Program-made: the position numbers and the translations under genes
Assembly: GCA_964428835.1 (NCBI GenBank)
Contig: CAYRZQ010000021.1
Span: 135-64,134 of the forward strand
Direction of reading: 5' to 3'
Source: an uncultured Comamonadaceae bacterium
Lineage (GTDB): Bacteria; Bacteroidota; Bacteroidia; Flavobacteriales_D; Sanyastnellaceae
Length of the DNA stretch: 64,000 nt
Shown here: positions 57,008 through 64,000 of the stretch, piece after piece
Layout: each line of letters opens with the position of its first letter
Position numbering within the stretch: the first letter of the stretch is position 1
The notes under the pieces: model-generated
Told to the model about the DNA's origin: nothing
Database searches by the model: none
Seen by the model: the letters and a program-made list of their open reading frames with translations, nothing else

Positions 57008-59692
57008 ATGACTGTTAAATCACTAGTGCTACTGAGCTCAATGTTGCTTGTGGGATATTGTTTTGGACAGGTGGACTATTCTTATGCTTTTGATATTGAA
57101 CCACCTACCGTTATAGGTCAAAATAGAGAAGTCGTTTACTTATCTAATGTTCCGAATCATTTGTTTTTTGTGGGGAGTACTAATCATGAAGGAGTGAATG
57201 CTCCTTCGGTAATTAAGATGTCAGCGAATGGAATTACCGTTTGGGATATGGCCATTGATGATGCGGCGAATTATACCAGTGGATCAAATAGTGTTTACTC
57301 GATTTGTCATGATGGAACATCTATCTATGCCGGCGCTCTGACTACTCGCGTTTCGCTTGGATACCAGAAGGAAGTATTGAAATTAAATCCAACTACAGGT
57401 GCAATTATTTGGAGATCGGAGTTTGCCACTGACTATGTAGCGGAGATCCGCGACATCTTCGATTTTAATTCGAATTCGATCCTGTTAAATTATGTGGCGG
57501 CACAAACCGAGCGCTTTGCTGTAATTTCCAAAAGCACGGGTGCAGTAACTGCTACTTTTAATAAACCCATCACTACTGGCGATCTTGTGGGAATATCTTC
57601 TTCTGTTTACTATACCAGTGGTGATACGGTGTATAGAAAAACACCAAGTGGCACTAACCTCACCAACAACTGGGCGACGGAAATTCCAGGGATGATATAC
57701 ATGTCTGAGATTATTGACCTAGGTTCCGAAATCGCCATTCTTGGTCGGGTGGCGGCGAACAACGAGGAACGGATTAATTTTATTAATAAATCGACCGGTT
57801 TATTGACAGGATCAATCAATACAGGGCGGTTTCAAACAGCGGCCATGCACTACGTGCTAAAGAACAACAAACTTTATGTCGCTTGGGCAGCCACAGGCCC
57901 TCAGGGTAGTCCAGAAGTGTACACCTATGATTGTTTTGATATGGTCACGAAACAAATCGCCTGGCAGAAAATATACATTCTTCAGGACTCCATACATGGA
58001 CGCGGTGAGGCACGTAGAATTGCATTAGACAACAATAACAATCTCTACATACTGGGAGAAGTTATTACTAGCGCCAATAAACACGCCGTAGTAAGATGTA
58101 ATGCGACTACAGGGGATTATATCAACCATCAGTTACTTGAGCCAACAGGTAATCCAGTTGCCAATTCGCTTGTTTTTAGTGAAATTTTTGTTGTGGGTAA
58201 TGGTCTGCTCGTTTTCGGAAATTATAATCAGCCTTATAAATCAGGTGGGTATAAGTCTGCACTTTCATTAGTAAAAGTAAACGCTCAAAATACTTCTCAT
58301 CTTTTGGTGAGAAAATTCGGGGGTACCTTTCAATTGGATTCACAATCTAGGGTAATACTTGAAGGGCCTGATAATAAGGTGGCCGTGGCATCTGCGGAAG
58401 GCCGCTATGGGTTGATTCGTATCTTTGATGGGGATAATAATGTGATTGCTCAGAAGTACTTGCGCTTAAATCTTAATTTAATTCCTCGTAAACTAGCAGC
58501 TTTACCCAATGGTAATTTTTTAATGGCGGGAATAAGTTATAATTCAACAGAAGTTGGTGGAGATACTCCGAATTTAAATAATGGAAATTTTGTTCTATAT
58601 GAGTTTGATTGGTCTGCAAATCAAATTAATTATCTCGCTGGAAATTTAAATGTTTCCAGTGGGGGAATTGCTGTGCACGATTTGTTGACCGATGGTACCA
58701 ACCACTGCGTGCTTGCAGAAAATACAGGCAGCGGCATCGTGATCTTGTACCGCACATCGAATTGGACGAGTTGGAACAGCGCCTCTTTGAATTTTACAGC
58801 ACCCACTTCCAATCCAGAAACGACCATGTCGGCATTATATACCGACTCTCAATTTATAGTGTATGGCCCGGCATCGGGCTTTGCAATACGACGAGTAAAT
58901 AAATCGAATTTATCCTTCTCTAGCTTCCAGGTGAATGGTAACCCCAATATGGGCATGGGGCGAGTAGAGAAAGTGATTACCACAAATAATCCAGATCACT
59001 TCTACTACGGGGGCTATGCGCTCGAAGCCGTCAACGTTGCCCGAGTATGCAGTTATCAGCCATCGACCAGCGACACTCTTTGGTCGAGATCTATTTTTGC
59101 TACGAATTTTTTCGATGTTATTCCCAATGCTGATACAACCGTGCTCTATATGCTTTATTATCACCAAGGATTTCGTATCGCCGCGGTCAATTCAGAAAAT
59201 GGTGCTCTGCTTTGGGCGAGTGGAAATATTGAATCGTGTTCCACTTGCACTCCGGGGGTGTTCTATCTCGATACCACTGCAAATAGTATTTGGCTTTCAA
59301 TCAACGGAGCAACAAGCACGGACACTGATGGTTCTAGCAACTTATATCAGATTAATACCAGTGGTCAAGTAATAAGCACCACTTTACTCGATAATAGCGG
59401 CACAGGGCTGAACGCTATATACGATTTAAAGAGAATGAATAATGGGAGACTTATCTATTGCGGTTCTACCAATCATCCAGTTTTCAAAGAAACAGCCTTC
59501 GCTCATTTCACCAATCCTCCAATTGAAAATTTATCCGGTGATTTTGATAACGATGGTTACGTTGATACCGATGATCTCAATTTGATTTATCAGAACATAG
59601 GCTGCGTTTCGTCGTCGTGCATGATCTATGATCTCAATAATGACGGTGTAGTAGGTGCCCAGGACATAGTTCTTCTCATCGAGCTTCTCTGA
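57008..59692 (+). CDS. secreted PQQ-like beta-propeller protein with C-terminal type-I dockerin-like module
   Basis: 894 aa with a signal peptide. It has recurring G[AT][IL][IL]W motifs (TGAIIWRSEF, KQIAWQKIY, NGALLWASGN). The C-terminus DFDNDGYVDTDDLNLIYQNI ... DLNNDGVVGAQDIVLLIELL forms two Ca-loop/helix dockerin segments, nt 59528-59689. Confidence 0.7.
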   Translation: MTVKSLVLLSSMLLVGYCFGQVDYSYAFDIEPPTVIGQNREVVYLSNVPNHLFFVGSTNHEGVNAPSVIKMSANGITVWDMAIDDAANYTSGSNSVYSICHDGTSIYAGALTTRVSLGYQKEVLKLNPTTGAIIWRSEFATDYVAEIRDIFDFNSNSILLNYVAAQTERFAVISKSTGAVTATFNKPITTGDLVGISSSVYYTSGDTVYRKTPSGTNLTNNWATEIPGMIYMSEIIDLGSEIAILGRVAANNEERINFINKSTGLLTGSINTGRFQTAAMHYVLKNNKLYVAWAATGPQGSPEVYTYDCFDMVTKQIAWQKIYILQDSIHGRGEARRIALDNNNNLYILGEVITSANKHAVVRCNATTGDYINHQLLEPTGNPVANSLVFSEIFVVGNGLLVFGNYNQPYKSGGYKSALSLVKVNAQNTSHLLVRKFGGTFQLDSQSRVILEGPDNKVAVASAEGRYGLIRIFDGDNNVIAQKYLRLNLNLIPRKLAALPNGNFLMAGISYNSTEVGGDTPNLNNGNFVLYEFDWSANQINYLAGNLNVSSGGIAVHDLLTDGTNHCVLAENTGSGIVILYRTSNWTSWNSASLNFTAPTSNPETTMSALYTDSQFIVYGPASGFAIRRVNKSNLSFSSFQVNGNPNMGMGRVEKVITTNNPDHFYYGGYALEAVNVARVCSYQPSTSDTLWSRSIFATNFFDVIPNADTTVLYMLYYHQGFRIAAVNSENGALLWASGNIESCSTCTPGVFYLDTTANSIWLSINGATSTDTDGSSNLYQINTSGQVISTTLLDNSGTGLNAIYDLKRMNNGRLIYCGSTNHPVFKETAFAHFTNPPIENLSGDFDNDGYVDTDDLNLIYQNIGCVSSSCMIYDLNNDGVVGAQDIVLLIELL

Positions 59693-59770
59693 TAGAAGCA
59701 CAAAGCTATCCCGCATGTGTGGGACACTTCAACCCCGCCATTTTATCAAACTGCTTTTCGTGGCTACCTT

Positions 59771-59917
59771 TTATGCAATAGTCTTTATTCGCTTTGCTTT
59801 TTTACTCCAAAGTGTTATTCTTTGTTCCATGCTTGATGTAATGATTCTGTTTCTTTTTTCATTCCACGAAACTCCCCATAAATAGTCTTTTGAAATACCT
59901 TCTGAAATAAGGTTTCC
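59771..59917 (-). pseudogene. orphan 3'-end fragment homologous to the WD40 gene at 63159
   Basis: Translates to GNLISEGISKDYLWGVSWNEKRNRIITSSMEQRITLWSKKAKRIKTIA*, against ...GNLISEGISKDYLWGVSWNEKGNRIITSSMEQRIILWNKKAKRIKTLE* in the intact gene. An in-frame stop lies two codons upstream. Confidence 0.75.
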
Positions 59918-60008
59918 ACATCCTTAAATACTGGTAAGTTGCAATACAAAGCCATAAAAAAAAACGTCCGCTTTGCAGTATATATTAAATGGTTAAATAG
60001 TTCAATGG

Positions 60009-61064
60009 TTAAAAAGCTCGAACTGCACGTACATAGTTTGGGAAGTTCTTATTGCTGCTGGCGTTGACACCACCAAAGCCAAATGAGAAGTCCAACGCGC
60101 TGCCGCTGGAGTTCTCCGTGCTACTCCAATAGAAGGCCGCTAGTGGCAAAGTTGTTGCGCCACCAATTGTTGACAATGATTTATTTACATTAAAACGGTT
60201 GTTCCATAGAAGACTTAACTCATCAATAGATGGTAAATACCAGTCACTTTCATTGCCACTAACTAAATCCAAACACAACTTAGCAGCACTATTTGTATGA
60301 CCGCCTTGTCCTACGATAGCATTGCTATTACTTAGGCCATCCCATGAACTCTGTGCTGGTAGACCTATTAAAGTTGATGAAAGGTTACTCCAAACTTGAA
60401 GTGTACTTTGATCTGTAAGTGCCACAACTAGCCCATGTTCAACACCTGCATTATCTTTCCATAAGTGAAAAATTACGCCACCGCCAAATGCTTCGCCGAT
60501 ATAGTGCGTAAAACTGCCTGTGCTAGTGGGGCCCTGTGGACCTTGTGGGCCTTGTGGGCCTTGTGGACCCTGTGGTCCCATTGCTCCCGTTGGTCCTTCT
60601 GGTCCTGCGGGTCCAGCGGGTCCTTCTGGTCCAGCGGGTCCTTGTGGACCTGGAGTGCTGCTACCACTTGATGCGGCATACAGTGCATAAGGCACGCTCA
60701 ACAACTGACTTGTGCCTGATATTGTGTAATTTTCACCCCCTGTTGGGTCCGTTTCTGTTTTCACAAAATAAGTTCCACTCGCCCAGTCAATCGTAGAAAA
60801 ATCTCCAGACACAACTGTTCCCCCACCAATTTCTATGCTTGCAAGACCATTGGCATTTGTTGTTGGTGTTTGCGTTTCAACATAAACAGCAGTTCCCGAT
60901 GCCGACGTTTGCAAAATACTAATTCGCATACCAACGGGAGAATTAGTTACTAAGTCATTTGAATTAGTACGAATTACTGCTTGATAGCTCATTTTATTTG
61001 GTGATTGAGCAAACACGGCAGCAGTCATTAAAAATGCTACGAAAATTGAAATTATTTTTTTCAT
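60009..61064 (-). CDS. collagen-like triple-helix-repeat protein with DUF1566 (Lcl-type) C-terminal domain (paralogue of 53741..54817)
   Basis: Same three-part architecture, with 14 G-X-Y triplets (aa 139-180, nt 60525-60650). Flanking domains are about 70-75% identical by eye. Confidence 0.8.
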   Translation of the reverse strand: MKKIISIFVAFLMTAAVFAQSPNKMSYQAVIRTNSNDLVTNSPVGMRISILQTSASGTAVYVETQTPTTNANGLASIEIGGGTVVSGDFSTIDWASGTYFVKTETDPTGGENYTISGTSQLLSVPYALYAASSGSSTPGPQGPAGPEGPAGPAGPEGPTGAMGPQGPQGPQGPQGPQGPTSTGSFTHYIGEAFGGGVIFHLWKDNAGVEHGLVVALTDQSTLQVWSNLSSTLIGLPAQSSWDGLSNSNAIVGQGGHTNSAAKLCLDLVSGNESDWYLPSIDELSLLWNNRFNVNKSLSTIGGATTLPLAAFYWSSTENSSGSALDFSFGFGGVNASSNKNFPNYVRAVRAF

Positions 61065-61070
61065 AGTTTT

Positions 61071-61559
61071 CTAGTTTTTAATGATTTTAAATGATTGAAC
61101 TTTTTTGTTCTCTTGATTAACAACTTGAATGAAATAAGTAGCAGAGGGCAAACCATTCATGTTGATTTGTGTTTGTTGCGCTGTTACTTGTCCGTTTCTT
61201 AATTGTTTACCTTGCATATCTAATAGATGATACGCCAATTTTTCATTATTGAAATTGCTTATTTGTAAAGTTAATTCTCCCATAGTTGGGTTAGGGAATG
61301 CAGTCAGTAAAATATTTAGCTCTGTTTCTTTAATACCAACTGTAAAAATTTCGTAGGCAAGTTGCACGCCTTGAGCCGCACTGCCATTACTACCTGTATT
61401 GGTTGTGTATACGAGCTGTCCGATGCTGTAAGCAACAGTTCCTCCGCTACCCGTAGCGTCTCCGCCACTAGCGTTTGTTGATACTTGGGCTTGTGCTAAG
61501 CCCGTCCATAGCAGTCCTGCCATTAACATTGCTACGGATCTTAATTTGTTTTTTGTCAT
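61071..61559 (-). CDS. small T9SS C-terminal-sorting-domain protein
   Basis: 162 aa with a signal peptide, a Gly/Ser/Thr-rich ~60-aa segment and CTD FPNPTMGELTLQI...ATYFIQVV. Its stop lies 6 nt before the collagen-like gene start. Confidence 0.65.
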   Translation of the reverse strand: MTKNKLRSVAMLMAGLLWTGLAQAQVSTNASGGDATGSGGTVAYSIGQLVYTTNTGSNGSAAQGVQLAYEIFTVGIKETELNILLTAFPNPTMGELTLQISNFNNEKLAYHLLDMQGKQLRNGQVTAQQTQINMNGLPSATYFIQVVNQENKKVQSFKIIKN

Positions 61560-61610
61560 ATTGTAATTTTTTTCCTAATCTGTTCAGAAGGCTGTTCGGA
61601 TTTCACTAGT

Positions 61611-61618
61611 CAAATTTA
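61611..61618 (-). promoter_or_regulatory. candidate -7 box (TAAATTTG on the minus strand)
   Basis: A TAnnTTTG match about 50 nt upstream of the ATG at 61559. Confidence 0.25.
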
Positions 61619-61793
61619 TTATTTTTTTGTTTCTTTCTTGCTTTCTTTTTTTTTCTCTCGTGTTTATAATAGAAAGCTAATGTTTCTAAGCTACACGGAG
61701 GTAGGGATTTTAACCACGGAACTTTAGATTTACCACTTTTCTGTCCTACGAAGCACAATACCCTTGCGAGCATATAGGTGATGTTACATGCAG

Positions 61794-62990
61794 TTATTCC
61801 TTAATTATTATTTTCTGAGCTTTGAGTTTTTTCTGTTCAATAGTAACAAAATAGATACCTGGTGCTTCATCTGCTATGTCCAAGGTTGCTAAATTACCGA
61901 GACAGTGTGTTGTCATAACTTCTCGTCCAGAAATATCTGTAATCGTAATTTTAGATTCATTGCCAGTATTGAAGAATTCTACAGTCACCTCATTAACACA
62001 TGGATTAGGGTAAACATTTAAGTTCTCTATAAATTCTTCATTGATTCCTGTCGTTACTTGATAACCCAATTTTAATACATGTAGGTTATTAACTGTTGAA
62101 ACAAAAAAGATGGAATCTTTTGCTGCTATTCCAACTATCTGTCCATTGAAAGTGGAGTTAAATGAACCTATATAACTGGCAGATGAAGATCCGACTTGAA
62201 ATGCACTTACATTACTAATTCCGTTTTGAAAAATATAATTGTTCCAATAACAAATATCCCCCCCTGAACCACCACCGATACCCATATATAACCCTGTTGG
62301 TGATGTACTGTTTGAAATACTAATTGCATCAAAGCCTGACCCTTTGGAAACAAAAAGTCTTTGGTTTGCAAAGTCAGCAGCAATTTTGGAGTATCCGCTA
62401 CCAAAATTGTTTATAATAGTGGGGGTAGAAGGAGTGCTAACGTCAACAACTTTAAGTCCACTGGTTGTACCAACATAAACGATATCGTCCTGGACAGCTA
62501 TTCCACCAGGGAAGCTTCCTAAGTCAATTTTACCAATAACCTCAGGTGCGCTTTTATTTGTTATGTCTATGGAATAAAGTGTGTCTGCATTTGTAGCCAT
62601 GTATGCATAATCGCCAGATATTGCTATTTGATAACCAGTACCAGAAATATTTGTTGTTATCCCAACCTGGACAGGAAAGTTAATATTGGTTATGTCGGCA
62701 ATCATAAAGTACCCGGTCATTCCGCCGCCAAAATAAGCGTAATTACCATCAATTTCTATTGCCATAGGGAAGCTACCAGGGTTTCCTATAGAAGCAGTCG
62801 GATTGGGCAATGAAGGATTTGAAACATCAATAAATTGTATGCCTGAAGTGGTACTTGTTACAACCTTGTTTTGATAGTATTTCATTACAAAGTTTGCATT
62901 GTTATTCCAGATGCCCAATTGGCTTATCGTTTGTCCGTAACCCATCGTACATATATGTAGGATAGTTAAAATAATGATGTGTCGTTTCAT
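61794..62990 (-). CDS. LVIVD-repeat beta-propeller protein with T9SS C-terminal sorting domain
   Basis: 398 aa with repeats of the type GNYAYFGGG..FMIADITN, GDYAYMATNADTLYSIDITNKSAPEVIG and DDIVYVGTTSGLKVVDVSTPSTP. CTD: LNVYPNPCVNEVTVEF...GIYFVTI. Confidence 0.7.
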   Translation of the reverse strand: MKRHIIILTILHICTMGYGQTISQLGIWNNNANFVMKYYQNKVVTSTTSGIQFIDVSNPSLPNPTASIGNPGSFPMAIEIDGNYAYFGGGMTGYFMIADITNINFPVQVGITTNISGTGYQIAISGDYAYMATNADTLYSIDITNKSAPEVIGKIDLGSFPGGIAVQDDIVYVGTTSGLKVVDVSTPSTPTIINNFGSGYSKIAADFANQRLFVSKGSGFDAISISNSTSPTGLYMGIGGGSGGDICYWNNYIFQNGISNVSAFQVGSSSASYIGSFNSTFNGQIVGIAAKDSIFFVSTVNNLHVLKLGYQVTTGINEEFIENLNVYPNPCVNEVTVEFFNTGNESKITITDISGREVMTTHCLGNLATLDIADEAPGIYFVTIEQKKLKAQKIIIKE

Positions 62991-63158
62991 GCTTTTCTAT
63001 TTTGAGTTAATAATGGTGAGCGACGATGGCGGCTTGGCGCAGTTTCGGGCTGTGGTGTACCGATCAGTGAAACTTGCCCCTCAGCCAAAGATAGGCAAGA
63101 AGAGTTATAATTTCAAATAGCCCTGCTATTGAGATAAATCGTTGTTGGCTGCTGCGCT

Positions 63159-64000
63159 TTATTCTAATGTTTTTATTCTTTTCGCTTTTTTATTCCAAAG
63201 TATTATTCTTTGTTCCATACTTGATGTAATAATTCTGTTCCCTTTTTCATTCCACGAAACTCCCCATAAATAGTCTTTAGAAATACCTTCCGAAATAAGG
63301 TTTCCTTTCGTGTCCCAAATTCTTAATGCGTCACTTGCTGATGCAAGTCTGTCGCCTTTTCTATTCCAATCCAAATTTCTATATTCCCCTTTGCTGATGT
63401 CAATGGTTTTTATAAGTTCGCCCTGCTCGTTCCAATATTGAAGTAATGATTTGTCTTTTTCGTCGCCGTAATCTCCTGTTACAAAAAAGTCACCTTTATT
63501 ATGCCAAGCAATACTTAACAATAATACTTCTTCCTGTCTATGCTTTATTGATTTTAGTAAATTTCCTTCTATGTCAAAAAAGCGAATTTTGTCAGATACT
63601 GTTGTAATTATATTTTTTTTGGGATGCCAATCAATAGCAGTTATACCTTTAGTATTTTCATTGATAAATTTTCTGATTAATATACCATTGATGTCGTATA
63701 TCAAAATTTGTCCATCATTATCGGCAATAGCTAAATAATCACCGGTGTAATTCCAATCAATTCCTCTTGCCCCTTCAGTCGAAATTTCAGTTAATTCAAT
63801 TTTTTCATTTGTTTCCAAATTAAGAATAAATGATTTTTCGCCAGACATTTGAGTTGTAACAGCAATAATGTTTTTTGCAGGATGCCATTTAATGCGTGTG
63901 ATTGTATTCTTTACTGGGATTGACTTGTGTACTTTTAAGTTTCCTTTATTGTAGATTTTTAAAGAGTCAACATTACCTCCAATTGCGATGTGCTTTCCGT
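63159..64000 (-). CDS. WD40-like repeat protein (5' end beyond the window)
   Basis: The frame stays open upstream of the track ATG (63848) to the window edge (...GKHIAIGGNVDSLKIYNKGNLKVHKSIPVKNTITRIKWHPAKNIIAVTTQMSGEKS...). It has repeats such as IDWHPKKNIITTVSDKIRFFD and LDWNRKGDRLASASDALRIWD. Confidence 0.75.
   Translation of the reverse strand, partial: GKHIAIGGNVDSLKIYNKGNLKVHKSIPVKNTITRIKWHPAKNIIAVTTQMSGEKSFILNLETNEKIELTEISTEGARGIDWNYTGDYLAIADNDGQILIYDINGILIRKFINENTKGITAIDWHPKKNIITTVSDKIRFFDIEGNLLKSIKHRQEEVLLLSIAWHNKGDFFVTGDYGDEKDKSLLQYWNEQGELIKTIDISKGEYRNLDWNRKGDRLASASDALRIWDTKGNLISEGISKDYLWGVSWNEKGNRIITSSMEQRIILWNKKAKRIKTLE

Noticed and set aside
1-64000. Scan for tRNA, rRNA, tmRNA or RNase P-like sequences, transposase or integrase genes, and known defence-system genes.
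   Set aside because: I saw no T-loop/acceptor-type signatures (GGTTCGA.TCC), no rRNA-like conserved blocks, no DDE or tyrosine/serine recombinase motifs, and no recognisable defence modules. The only nuclease-family hits are the small GxxExxY protein and the PIN remnant. This was an eye scan, not a covariance-model search.

Overview
This is a Bacteroidota-type chromosomal segment. The evidence is a SusC/SusD pair, six proteins ending in T9SS type-A C-terminal sorting domains, and TAnnTTTG-type promoter boxes. I recognised no rRNA, tRNA, CRISPR array, transposase or integrase.

Layout:
- 1-27.9 kb: housekeeping genes (rlmI-like, recQ, tpiA, prmA, folD, folP, coaE, rpe), an alpha-glucan PUL (GH13, SusC, SusD and two small secreted proteins), a folate-linked cluster (folP, DUF1599, DoxX-like protein, class IV aminotransferase), and a minus-strand run of SulP transporter, beta-carbonic anhydrase, Zn-peptidase, MFS and HAD phosphatase.
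- 28.1-40.5 kb: a single 12.4 kb gene for a 4125-aa T9SS-secreted protein. It has 36 HYR-like Cys-rich repeats, three N-terminal ~100-aa modules, and an unnamed ~165-190-aa module present four times, two of them nested inside HYR-like repeats.
- 40.5-43.3 kb: core genes (pRiA4b-ORF3-like, DUF1573, yajC, flavin reductase).
- 43.3-64 kb: an accessory region that looks more AT-rich by eye. It is dominated by secreted or T9SS beta-propeller-type proteins (SBBP-like, two orphan Reg_prop, PQQ-like with dockerin, LVIVD, WD40) and two collagen-like/DUF1566 paralogues. It also holds gene remnants (PIN, methyltransferase, WD40 3' end), a GxxExxY gene, and several repeat pairs that bracket single genes or small gene blocks.

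I found no recognisable defence, toxin or secretion-machine operon. The least explained signals are:
- the nested module in the giant adhesin;
- the repeat-bracketed cassettes;
- inverted arrays of an 8-bp unit flanking an AT-rich insert.

All family assignments come from reading motifs by eye. No searches were run, and identity percentages are estimates.
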